DNA of 64,000 nucleotides from Malacoraja senta (lineage: Eukaryota): the NCBI GenBank assembly GCA_038087875.1, contig CM075990.1, forward strand, positions 4,590,001-4,654,000, in the 5' to 3' direction. Below the pieces are notes generated by a model that was not told the DNA's origin, made no database searches, and saw only the letters and a program-made list of their open reading frames with translations. Of the stretch, positions 1 to 12,547 are shown piece after piece. Each line of letters starts with the position of its first letter. Position 1 is the first letter of the stretch. A program made the translations under genes and the position numbers.

Positions 1-266
1 TACTATAACAGCAGTTAAAAGGCACTCAGGCAGATACACAGATAGGAAAGGTTTGGAGGGATATAGGCAAATGGGACTAGCTTAGATGGGGCATCTAGGA
101 TGACATGTTGGGCCAAATGGCCTGGTTCCATGCTGTATGACTCTCCCCTCCAAATACCTCTTGTGTTTGACAGTCTGAAGTTGATGGATTTTTGACTTGT
201 GCAAGGGACAGATTAATCATGGCAGCCTGCAGGTATAACTTGCCTTGCCTCAACGTTCAAAAGTGA

Positions 267-640
267 TAGGAGCAGAATTAGGCCATTCGGCCCATCAAGT
301 CTACTCCACCATTCAATCATGGCTGATCTATCTTTCCCTCTTAACCTCAGTCTCCTGCCTTCTCCCCATAACCCCTGACACCCGTACTAATCAATAATCT
401 ATCTATTTCTGCTTTGATGGCCTTAACAGCCAGTGGCAATGAACTCCACAGATTCGCCACCATCCGACTAAAGAAATTCCTCCACATCTCCTTCCTAAAG
501 GAACGTCCTTTAATTCTGAGGCTATGACTTCTGGCCCTAGACTCTCCCACTAGTGGAAACATCCTCTCCACGTCCACTCTGTCCAGGCCTTTCACTATTT
601 GGTAAGTTTCAACAACGTTCCCCCCTCATCCTTCTAAACA
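267..640 (-). mobile_element. CR1-type LINE 3' fragment
   Basis: KGLDRVDVERMFPLVGESRARSHSLRIKGRSFRKEM.RNFFS motif plus the CR1 3' UTR. Confidence 0.85.
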
Positions 641-1371
641 TCTCCATAAACTTGGTGAAAATCTATCCTTCCGGCCAATCTTCACCTAAACCTTCCCCAT
701 TATCCCACCACAATTGCGACCTTTATTCTTCCCTTCCTGTCATCTTTTCATTCCTGTCATCCAAAACTCGAAGATTGCGGTCCAAGCCCAGGGGAACAGC
801 AGACGTGCAATTTGTTACATTCACCGTGAGTGTCACCCGTTGCATGACTCCAATCGACAAGCTGCAAATTGGAGCAACGTTTTGCTTGTTTATATTCGAG
901 GCTCCTGAAGATTTATGAAGACCTCCCAAAATAACCACCAATTGGCTTCAAGGCCTAGTTTCGTGGTAGAAAACAGATTCCATGAAACCAGTAGAACAAA
1001 TTCTGGAGAGCAAAGCTGTTTCACCTGTTCCTATTTATGGGCGCACCCTCTTATATCATTCCAGCTACCAACATCCTCAGGCTAAATGCTGGCCGTAAAA
1101 ACATGTTTTTCTTTGCTTTCTCAAACTGGAAATTACCCTGTGAAGTGGAAAGCCATTTAATTAAAGCTTCTGAGAAAAGCATAAGAGGAGATGTAACTTT
1201 CTTTGCTTTATCCACTCTATTTTTCGCGCTTGATTAGATCCCTCCTTGGTTCACTGCATCTTGTAAAAGAGCCGCCGCTGATGGAGAGATTCTTTTCAGC
1301 TCCATATAAATGTCCCTTTTCAAAAACACCAACGTCACAAGTCCTATTGGTACATGGTAGAGTAAAACATG

Positions 1372-1862
1372 CAAGAGTCAAGAGTGTTTTATTGTCATGT
1401 GTCCCAGATAGGACAATGAAATTCTTGCTTGCTGCAGCACAACAGGATATGTAAACATACATAATGGGAGGAAAAAGTTCAGTGTGTAGAAAAAAAACAC
1501 ATGCACACATGCTCAATAAATAAACAAATATAGTGCAATAATAATAATAGGCTGTTGTAGTTCAGAGCATATTTGTTGCCGTGTTTAATAGCCTGATGGC
1601 TGTGGGGAAATAGCTGTTCCTGAACCTGGACGTTACAGTTTTCAGGCTCTTGTACCTTCTTCCTGATGGCAGTGGTGAGATGAGTGTGTGGCCAGGATGG
1701 TGTGGGTCTCTGATGATATTGGCCGCCTTTTTGAGGCAGCGACTTTGATAGATCCCTTCGATGGTGGGGAGGTCAGAGCCGGTGATGGACCGGGCAGTGG
1801 TCACAACATTTTGCAGTCTTTTCCGCTCCTGGACGTTCAAGTTGCCGAACCAGGCCACGACG
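1372..1862 (-). mobile_element. Rex1/Babar-type LINE 3' end
   Basis: ORF 1562-1885 (WFGNLNVQERKRLQNVV...RCLKKAANIIRDPHHPGH...FFPTAIRLLN-like) homologous to the 56751 ORF; same tail. Confidence 0.85.
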
Positions 1863-1980
1863 CACCCATCCTGCACTCCATCCATTTTAGTTTAGAGATG
1901 GAGTGTGGAATCCCGCCCTTCGGCTCACTGAGCCCGCACCGACCAGTGAGCACCCCTATACTATTTCCACCCTACACTAT

Positions 1981-2420
1981 GAGGAACATTGCGTGCAGTT
2001 TTGGGCCCCGTATCAGAGGAAAGATATGCTGGCGTTGGAGAGGGTCCAGAGGAGGTTTGCGAGAATGATCTAACATATGATGAGCATTTGACGGCTCTGG
2101 GCCTGTACTCGCTGGAGTTCAGAAGGATGTGGGGGAACCTCATTGAAACTTATCGAATAGTGAAAGGCCTGGATAGAGTGGATGTGGAGAGGATGTTCCC
2201 ACAAGTGGGAGAGCCTATGACCAGATCCCATAGCCTCAGAATAAAAGGAAGTACCTTTAGAAAGGAGATGAGGAGGAATTTCTTTAGTCAGAGGGTGGTG
2301 AATCTGTGGGATTCATTTGCCACAGAGGCTGTGGAGGCCAAGTCAATGGATATATTTAAGGCAGAGATTGAAAGATTGTTGATTATTATGGGTGTCAGGG
2401 GGTATGGGGAGAAAGCAGGT
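1981..2420 (+). mobile_element. CR1-type LINE 3' fragment
   Basis: LGLYSLEFRRM.GNLIETYRIVKGLDRVD...RNFFSQRVVNLW. Confidence 0.85.
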
Positions 2421-4249
2421 GTTACACTTTGTGATACTTATCTGCCGGCTAAAAAAACATGCGCTGAAAAGCTTGAAAATGACTCAGCGTGAGTCAGATG
2501 AGAACTATTCAATGTAGGAAGATTATGTGCTAGAAAAGTGTCAGGAGCTACACACTCGTATTCATTCAGCCTTGAGCAATCTTCCCAGACACCAACCAAG
2601 AGAGGTGAACCAGTGTGAACATGTTCAAACTCAAAAGCAGTAATTGCTTTCAAATTATACTCTTTAAAAAAGTTAGTCTATAACATGCCTTTCAAAATTA
2701 ACTTCAATGCTTGACAAATTAACATATTGGGGTTTTGCATGTCATTCCAGCCCATGAACACATCTGATCATAAAAGTAACATGCTGAGTTCACCCCCATT
2801 CTAAATGATAGTATGGAGCGGCAAGACTGACTGTGCATTTACGTTTACTGGCTAATAATAAATCTCACATTGTCTCCTTTTAAACTATGAAAGAGTCGGC
2901 TAAGTGTCCAGTTGAGCCATAGAATAAGTTCATGAATCCAAACTCCATGCCTTCTCAGTCACATCAGTCTGAAGAAGGGTCTCGACCCAAAACGTCACCC
3001 ATTCCTTCTCTCCAGAGATTCTGCCTGTCCTGCTGACTTACTCCAGCATTTTGTATCAATCCTCCATGTCTCATGTTCCTTAGCATCCTATTTATCCCAG
3101 GAGAGAGAGCAAGCAATGGGACAACTCTTGGTACACTGTTTGAGGCAGGGTCTCGACGTGAAACGTCACCTATCCATGTTCTCCGGAGATGCGGCCCGAT
3201 CTGTTGAGTTACTCCAGCACTTTGTGTTCCTTTCTAAAACAACTGTCGACAGCTAACACACTGTACTACTTTTATACGCCAGGTCACTCAATCCTTTCCC
3301 ATCCACTGCCCAGAACGTAAACATATGTTTCCTCAAGGCGGCTCCAGGGTTCACTGAGATCGTAGTCATCCTGCATCTAAAGACCAATTTCCCACTGGAT
3401 CCCAAATTCTCCATACCCTTCACGTGCAAAATGCATCGTAAACTCAAATGACTGAGCATCCACAGATCTTAAATCAAAGTCAGTCAAAGTATCCTTTATT
3501 TGTCATTCAGACCTTTCGGTCTGAACGAAATGTCGTTGCCTTGCAGTCATACATATAATAAATAACAAAACACACAATAAACACAAATTTAACATCCACC
3601 ACAGTGAGTTCACCAGGCACCTCCTCACTGTGATGGAAGGCAAAGGTCGTAGTGAATTTAAATAGTAGTGAATTTCAAATACTGTATCTACAAATATCTA
3701 CAGTATATAAAAAAGCATTTCCTTTCAACTCATCCCTCCCTATCTTAAGCCTACGTCTTTAGTCTTATTGATATTAATATCAGTTTATTATGGTCACATG
3801 TATCAAGATACAGCGAGAAGCTTTTGATCACCAATCAAAACAACTGAACCATCCTATCACCGACTACAGATGGTCCTGACCTCCCATCTACCTCATTGGA
3901 GACTCTTGCACTAACTTTAATCGGACTTTACCTTGCACTAAACATCATTCCCTTTATCCTGCATCTGCTTATTGTGGGCGGCTTGATGGTAATGATGTAT
4001 AGTCTTTCTGCTGACTGGATAGAACGCAACAAAAAAGCTTTTCGCTGTTCCTCGATACATGTGACAATAAACGAAACTGTCACACGCTACGCGAGGACAA
4101 TCAACAACACAAGAATAGGTGGAGCAATGAGAAAAATACCAGAGTGCAGAATATAGTTTGTCAGCGTAGTTGCGTTAGAGTTCCGGAGAAAAAGTCCAAT
4201 GTGCGCAATGATGTAGGTTGGAAGATTATATCCCAGCTCTCCACTAGGG

Positions 4250-4631
4250 GCGATCTTATAGTGTACAAGATCATGAGAGGAACAGAGCAGGTAAACACAG
4301 TCTCTTGCCCAGAATTGGGGAAATAGAGAAACGGAGAACATAGGTTTAAGGTGAGGCTGCGAAAGATTTAATAGGAACCGGAGGGGTAACTTTTTCTTTA
4401 CACTAAGGGTGGTGGATGTATGGAACTAGCTGTCAGAGGAGGTGATTGAGGCAGGAACAATCGCAACATTTAAGAAACATTTAGACTGGTACTTGGATAA
4501 CCATATAACCATATACAGGTTTAGAGGGATAGGGGACAAACACAGGCAGGTGGGACTAGTGTAGATGGGACATGTTGGTCGGTGTGGGCAAGTTGGGCTG
4601 AGGGGTCGGCTTCCACGCTGTATGACTCTAT
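4250..4631 (+). mobile_element. CR1-type LINE 3' fragment
   Basis: GDLI.VYKIMRG...FTLRVVDVWN.L.EEV.EAG and 3' UTR ending tatgactcta. Confidence 0.8.
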
Positions 4632-4707
4632 GGGAGTATACAGCAGGGCATTTTAACAGCATTGGAGCATATTTGTAACACCCGTGGACCTGCAACCATA
4701 CTGTAGC

Positions 4708-5226
4708 TAGGGTTGCCAACTATCCCGTATTAGCCAGGACATCCTGTATATTGGGCTAAATTGGTTTGTCCCATACGGGACTGCCCTTATCTCGTATTTG
4801 ATTGTTACTATTTGGGTCGAGGGGAATGTCGGGTCAGCGCGCCGTGTCCGGCCCGCCTCACCTGGCACGACGTAGTGCAGCCCATGGAGTGCAGCAGCAG
4901 CACCTTGCCAGTGGCCCCGTCAGTCGGCAGCCCGGCCAGCTGTCCGACCTTCGGACCTTCGGTTACCACCAACACCACCACCCCTCCTTATGGGCAATCA
5001 TCGGTTCATGAGTTGGATGGGGTGTTGGACTCTGTGCGCGACATCGCGCGTGGGCCAAATTTCCTCAGCTGGCCCCTCCGGCTGGGCTTTGTGTGCAGTC
5101 CAGCACCCGGGCCAACTCATCATTCACCCAGCCACGGCCGAGTCGGTCAACAAATTGCCGTCGGGAATTTGTCCCTTATTTTGACCATTTGTCCCTTACT
5201 TGGGAGCGAGAAAGTTGGCGACCCTA
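4708..5226. mobile_element. Non-autonomous hAT element
   Basis: TIR TAGGGTTGCCAAC/GTTGGCGACCCTA; 8-bp TSD ACTGTAGC/ACTGTATC. Confidence 0.85.
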
Positions 5227-5971
5227 ACTGTATCTTACATCTTAATCCCAGCCACAGATTAACGACCATGGGTCAGGACTTTCCACGGCAGAAAGTCTAC
5301 ATGCTGTGCGCTTCAACCGAATGCATCGTCCTGCTGATTTCACCAAAATGTGTCAGCAGGCTCCACAGAACAAAGAAACTGAAATCGCTTATATTTTAAT
5401 GTCCTAAATATACAGCATAGTGTGAAAAACACTAAATTCTTTGTAGCTGCAAGATATGAATTGAAAAGAATTGAACTTTGGGAGACAAAACCTAATTGAG
5501 TTTCTCCAGCAGGACACCAGACAACTCTTCAGACATCTGCAGGTACTGATTTAATTCTTTCTTTAAAGCAATTACTGACATGGCTCTCACCCAATACACT
5601 GCAGCCTCCTCAGTCTATCAGCCCACTCCAAGGACTGGTATGCTTTTACAGGTTGTGATTCTTATCTCATTTGACATCTTCATTGTCTGATCACATAGCC
5701 TTATTGGATTGCAGTCCTCACATGTCAGACATTATACAATTTAAGCCATTAAACCCTTTCAAAACCTCCCACGGTTTTCAGTGAATACTTCCAGACAATA
5801 GTTCTGTACTGATAATTTCCCTCCGATGTTGTTCAACCCAGTTTAAATGGTTCGATCTAAACTTCCTTGTCAGTTTGTTGAAAAGTTTCTTGGTAACTTC
5901 ATCTGTGCTTGTTTCTATATCCTATTCTGTATCCATCAGATACTGACCTCCCCACTATTGAAAGGATGTAT

Positions 5972-6862
5972 AGGGAGGTTTCGCGGCAGTCGGGTCACGA
6001 CCCATGACCCATACTATTGCTAGGCTACGCCAACTGGAGTCCACACGATGAACTGCAGGTAATAACTGACCATTGTTTCCAGCGTAGCGGGCCCGTTAAA
6101 ACACGGCGAAATGGTCAATTTTTGCGCTGTAAATAATTATGGAAATCGGGATAAGCGTGAGAGACATTTAGCCTACTTCAGAATTCCAAAAGTGAGGAGA
6201 AATGACGGTAGATAGAAGCGAGAGCTGAAGGGACAACAGCCAGAGTGCTTGACGAACATTGGCCGTTTGCTCACTGCATTTCATCAACTTAGGCATTATT
6301 AGTGTTTTTCTTGATTGGCATCTAAAAAGTTTCAGAAGTGATGAATCTGGCTGTAAATTTTTTGAATCGCCCATGGTTTTCAAGTGGGTTTTTACATACA
6401 AAACGAAAACACCTCTGAAGCAAAATTTACAGCCAGATTCATCACTTCTGAGACTTTTTAGATACCAAAGGAATCAAGAAAAACCAAAAATAATGCCTTA
6501 CTGTTGATGAAATGCAGTGAGCAAACGCGATAATTCCCAATATTTTCAATTGCGATATCTGCACGGCCAATGTTCGCCAAGCACTTTAGCTGCTGTTGTC
6601 CCTTCAGCTCTCGCTTCTCTTTACCTTCATCTCGCTTCACATTTGGAATTCTGAAGTTGGGTACATGTCTCTCACACTTACCCCGACTTCCACAATTTTT
6701 TACAGCGAAAAAACTCAACATTTTGGCGGTTTTTAACAGGTAGGAAAGTACGCGTTTCTTGTATTAATAACATATACCGGAAGTGACGGATGTCCTCCAG
6801 ATGGATTGAGCGTCTCCGTGCGTCAAGCCCAATGACCCAGTGACCTTACATGCAACCCCCCT
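5972..6862. mobile_element. Palindromic non-autonomous DNA transposon with THAP-domain relics in both arms (ISL2EU/PHIS-like)
   Basis: Ends AGGGAGGTT/AACCCCCCT inserted at TATA within a LINE fragment; internal inverted repeat ~6090-6362 / 6420-6740. Confidence 0.75.
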
Positions 6863-7715
6863 ATAGGAGGCATTGCCTCAACAAAGCAGCCAATAATTAC
6901 CCTGGCCATGATCTCCTACCATTGGGAAGGTACATAAACCTGAAAAACCGTGACCACCTGACTCAAGAATAGACACAAAATGCTGGAGTAACTCAGCACG
7001 ACAGGCTGAAGAAGGGTCTCGACCCGAAACGTCACCCATTCCTTCTCTCCAGAGATGCTGCCTGTCCCCCTGAGTTAGAGATTCCTTTATTTGTCATTCA
7101 GACCTTTCGGTCTGAACGAAATTTCGTGCCTGCAGTCATACATATAATAATAAATAACAAAACACACAATAAACACAAATTAACATCCACCACAGTGAGT
7201 TCACCAGGTACCTCCTCACTGTGATGGAGGCAAAAGTCTTAAAGTCTCTGTCTCTTCCCTCTTTGTTCTTCCTCTGCGCTGAGGCGATCCAGGCTTCTGA
7301 TGTTGTGACCCCGCCGGGTGATGGTAAGTCAGTCCCGCGGCTGAATCCAGCACTTTGCGTCTGTCGTCAAATAAACCAGCATCTGCAGTTCTTTCCTACT
7401 GACTCAAGAAAAGCTTCTCTCCATCTACCATCAGGCTCTTGGACACTACACAAAAATACCATCAACTATTATGAATGTCGGCAGACTGTCTTTAGTTGCA
7501 TTAAAAACGTCATGGTTTTAATTGCACTGGTATTGTGGTCATTAATTTGGATTTTAGTTTAGTTTACATGATGTGTAAAGTTTACAGGTATGTTATGCTG
7601 CTGCAAGAAAGAATTTAATTGTTCCATTGTCAATACATAATATTAAGCACTCTTGACTTGACTACACTGGCAGTTCTTTGGCCCATTTTTCCCCAATGGC
7701 TTCTCCCTCTGATTT

Positions 7716-8420
7716 AGAAACATAGACAATAGGTGGAGTAGGCCATTCGAGCCAGCCATTCAATATGATCATGGCTGATCATCCAAAATCAGTACCCCAT
7801 TCCTACTTTCTCCCTATAATCCCTTAATTACGTTAGCCTTAAGAGCTATAATTTAAAGCCCCTGTCCCACGATGCAAGTTTACCCAAGAGCTCTCCCGAG
7901 TTAAAAAAAAATAATCAAATTCGTGGTACTTCATCACGAGTATTTTTTTACTCTTGGAAATTTTTCAGTTGAAAAAACTTCACGAGTTTCCGTGTTTCCC
8001 CGAGTACCTGCCGTTAGCGTTACGAGCTGCTACGAGACATCCACGAACTCCGACGTACCCGCTACGTACTTACCACGAGTTAGATATTTTTTTTAAACTC
8101 GCGAGAGCTCTTGGGTAAACTCGCATCGTGGGACAGGGTCTTAACTCTCTCTTGAAAACATCCAGTCAATTGATCTCCACTGCCTTCTGTGGTAGAAAAT
8201 TTCAGATTCACAACTCTGGGTGAAAAAGATTTTCCCTCAACTCAGTCCTAAATGGCCTACCCCTTATTCTTAAAAATGACCCCTGGATCTGGACTCCCCC
8301 AACATCGGGAACATTTTTCCTGCATCGAGCCTGTCCAATCCCTTAAGAATTTTATATGTTTCTATAAGATACCCTCTCATCCTTCTAAATTCCAGTGAAT
8401 ATAAGCCCAGTCGATCCATT
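7716..8420 (-). mobile_element. CR1-type LINE 3' fragment interrupted by a MITE
   Basis: Same 3' end as the copy at 37130-37470; split by the element at 7857-8141. Confidence 0.8.
7857..8141. mobile_element. PIF/Harbinger-type MITE
   Basis: TAA TSD; ~50-60-bp TIR AGCCCCTGTCCCAC.../...GTGGGACAGGGTCT. Confidence 0.88.
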
Positions 8421-8712
8421 TTTAAATTTCTTATACATTTTATTGTTTTTCATTCTACTTTACACATCCATCGGAGACTTGTTTCTTTAATGATCACTTA
8501 ATGCTTGGGATTTCCACTTGTCGTCGGTCAAGTTAGTTTTAGTATTTTGCCCCCAATTCTTTCCCAAACATCTTGAACTCAACAGCTGGCTCAAAACAAA
8601 GTTTGATGAAGATATACACAAAATGCTGGAGTAACTCAGACTGAAGAAAGGTCTCGACCCTTAACGTCACAGATTCCCTTTCTCCAGAGATGCTACCTGA
8701 TCCACTGACTTA

Positions 8713-9030
8713 AAGCCCTGTCCCACTGTACGAGTTCATTCAAGAGCTCTCCCGAGTTTTAAAAAAAAATCGAACTCGTGGAAGCTCGTAGAATGTACAT
8801 AGCGGGTACGTTGGAGCTCGGGGATGTCTCTTAGCGGCTCGTAACGCTAACGGCAGGTACTCGGGAAACGCGGTAGGCTCGGGAAGACTCGTGAAGATTT
8901 TTCAGCATGTTGAAAAATGTCCACGAGAGCCCCGAGTACCTACGAGCGGCCATTACCGTAAATCTCCGAGTTCGAATCAGGGCAAACTTGGGAGAAATCT
9001 TGAATGAACTCGTACAGTGGGACAGGGCTT
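8713..9030. mobile_element. PIF/Harbinger-type MITE
   Basis: TTA TSD; TIR AAGCCCTGTCCCACTGTACGAGTTCATTCAAGA; removing it restores the host repeat. Confidence 0.9.
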
Positions 9031-11554
9031 TTACTTCAGCATTTTGTGTTGATCTTCGATGTAAACCAGCATCTGCAGTTCCTTCCCACAAAGTTTGACC
9101 ATGGATATTCCCAAAATGTTTGGCATGTCAAAAATTGTAGAAAACAGTTTGTTATGTATTACTGACAAGCTTCAGTAAGGGATGAATCCATGAAGAAGCA
9201 GAAGTGATAACTCGGGGACACTTGAAAGGTCAAAAGTTTAATAATCTGAGAGTTCACATTCATGCAATTACAAAGAATGTAGAAAAGAACACAAGACTGC
9301 TGTTTTAAAAAAGGTTTGTCCCCGGTGCATAAATTACATCAAGTACTTCATTGCACCCACGGGGCCCAAATGCCAAAAAAAAAAGACAAATCTGACATGC
9401 TTAATCCTACAGAAATATGAAAGACATTCTCAGGGTCCCTCTGCCATAGTTCCATTCTGGACATTCACCCAGGCGTCAGTGATGGGCGAAGCACACTTCA
9501 AAAACTCAGAAGAGGGCGGCAGTACCACCACCAATGTCCTGCAGTTTTCAAGCAACACATCTTACCAAATGGATACGAGCAGCTCAGGGCAACCTGGTTT
9601 ACTGTTGTGAAAAAGTGCATTGTCTCAAATGTAACAGGCAAAGTTGCAAGATCACTCTGCCTGTGCAATCTGCAAGAAAACATCACCAATATACAGGGCA
9701 CTATAATGGACGCTCCTATGTGGTCAGCCTGAAGGGGTAACGGCTCTGGGACTTTGCTTTCCTGTAACAAAGCTGAAGACAAAGTTTAGTCCACAGGGTT
9801 TACGAGACAGATATCTGGTGACAGTTAAAGGTTTGTTTAAAAAAACAAAAAACTTTCACATCCATTTAGACAACTCGAGAGGCAAGATTGAAGAGATTTA
9901 AAAATAAAGACAGATTGGCTTCCAAGCAGGCTTACAGAATTGAAGGCCCTCGCTGTTTTAATGGCTGCACAGGGTGAGGGAGTCATGACTAGCCTCCAAA
10001 TTAAATGAGAACGTGTAAAACAGGGAGTACGGCCAAGTCCTGCTTAAATTGTAAAAAACCTCATGTCCTCAGCTTTGAATGGAAATTCTAAAAGAACAAC
10101 CACTGACAGATTGATTGGTGAACAAACTGCTTCTATAATTGCCTGGATTGTAGGCTAGGGTGTTCCGCCACTACACAATACAGGGTGGATTCCAGCTTGT
10201 GAATTTTTTAAAAAACTGCAAGCGTTTTGAATGTCACAATGGCCACCTTTCATTTGCTTTCTGCACCGCACCCGCCTCTCTCGGCCAGGATACGCCACAC
10301 TGCGCCCAGGCACACACATGCTCAGACTGCAGAGTCACTGACAGCCCACTCCCAGAGGGTTCAAACATCAGCTTAAAAAAAGCAGCATAAAGTGGCTGCA
10401 CTGTGACACTGGTGGAAAATAAACTGAGATGGCATATTTTCCACGCAGATGCGGGAAAGTAAGAAAATCAAGGCAGATAAGGAAGTTCTAACCTGGGAAT
10501 TAGCTCCCTGTACATATTTGTACAACTTCCCATCTCTACTCATGGGTCCTCTTTGGCTGGATTCACTTTCTCAAGGCAACTTTGTAATGGGCTTGCTATT
10601 ATTCACCCAATATGTGTCAGCTGCATTTTAAACAATCTGATCCTTAATCTTACAATATTACTTGGTACATTCTCCTCCTGTCAGCCAACTTGCCCGAAAT
10701 GACCAATTTATAGAAACCCAAGCTGTTGAAATTGCTGCTCTTTATATGCACATCTCCAATTGTCAGCAAGCCAATCCAAGCATCACAATGGAGTGTAACC
10801 CGAACCAGCTAAAGACAAGGGGCAACCTTTACTGCAGGACCAATGAACAATTGTGATGGGGAATCCAGCCTATTTTAGTTCTTAAAAACCCAGGGACACC
10901 AGCCAATTGTTGCGTTACTACCGCCTAGCTAGTTATAAAAATAATTCTGGCTAAATATCAATTATTAGTATACAATTTTTAAAAACCGATCTGTGCAAAT
11001 ACTGCTGCACACAAACAATATTGTTCAGCTCCTCCGTACACATTGGGTTCTGGTACTACTGTGGAAGGTGTGCTATCAATGACTTGAAGATCTTTGCAAT
11101 AGTCGAATGCAGAAGGTGGGATGCCAAACGTGTGGTGAAATCCACTCGAGGGGGGGATTATCTGCAGAAAGATAGCGTTTCCAGAACACAATGGGTTTCC
11201 ACCCTCATCGGTAAGATTTTTAGTTGCTGTAAATGAACCTGTAGAGAGATTCTGTTGGCTAGTTGGATGCCACAAAGGAAAATAACAATCCTTGTTCAGT
11301 AAATGTAACATGGCTCCCACTTGCCAGCAGTGTGAGATTGTGAAAAATTTCTGTAAGCCTTAATTATGATACCTGGGTTACATTAATTGATTATTCAAGC
11401 TATCGACTAATTCTGGCAGCTTCTATTGGAGAATTAGTGTTCCAATGGTTTAAAAGGCAAAAAGGAAAAAAAAGCAACAAGACATATGCAAACGTTTGAT
11501 ATGTCAGGCTGGGAGAGCGGAAGCAGGGTTCGATGAGGACGGGTGGCATCCACC

Positions 11555-11719
<165 letters not shown>

Positions 11720-12036
11720 TCAATCCCCCCCCCCCCCCCCCAGAACTCAGACTGGATCACCGCCCAACAGCCAGGTATTCCTCCTGCTCCTCGATCACGA
11801 GACGCGGGCCGTCCCTTGTTATTCAATCACGACAACCAAACTGAATTCAATCCAAAAAAGGACATTAAGTACTGGAGTAATTTAACAGATCAGGGAGTAT
11901 CCCTGGTATGTGACGTGTCAGGACTCTTCTGACTGATTGCAGGGGTTGGGAAAGAAGCTGGAAGAGGGGAGGGGCAGGACAAATTCTTTAGACTTTAGAC
12001 ATACAGCGTGCAAACAGGCACACCGAGTACATGCTG

Positions 12037-12547
12037 ACCAGCGATTGCCCCATACACCAGCGACTGCCCCATACACCAGCACTACCCCATACACCAGCAC
12101 TACCCCATACACCAGCACTACCCCATACACCAGCGACTACCCCATACACCAGCGACTGCCCCATACACCAGCGACTGCCCCATACACCAGCGACTGCCCC
12201 ATACACCAGCGACTGCCCCATACACCAGCGACTGCCCCATACACCAGCGACTGCCCCATACACCAGCGACTGCCCCATACACCAGCGACTGCCCCATACA
12301 CCAGCGACTGCCCCATACACCAGCGACTGCCCCATACACCAGCACTACCCCATACACCAGCGACTGCCCCATACACCAGCGACTGCCCCATACACCAGCG
12401 ACTGCCCCATACACCAGCGACTGCCCCATACACCAGCGACTGCCCCATACACCAGCGACTGCCCCATACACCAGCGACTGCCCCATACACCAGCGACTGC
12501 CCCATACACCAGCGACTGCCCCATACACCAGCGACTGCCCCATACAC
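12037..12547. repeat. Minisatellite, 19-bp unit ACCAGCGACTGCCCCATAC, ~27 copies including a few 18-bp variants
   Basis: Visible directly in the sequence; 19-aa periodicity in all reading frames. Confidence 0.97.

Noticed and set aside
553..941. Overlapping ORFs on both strands, one with a faint LRR-cap-like stretch
   Set aside because: No recognisable family or convincing splice sites; partly overlaps a CR1 fragment
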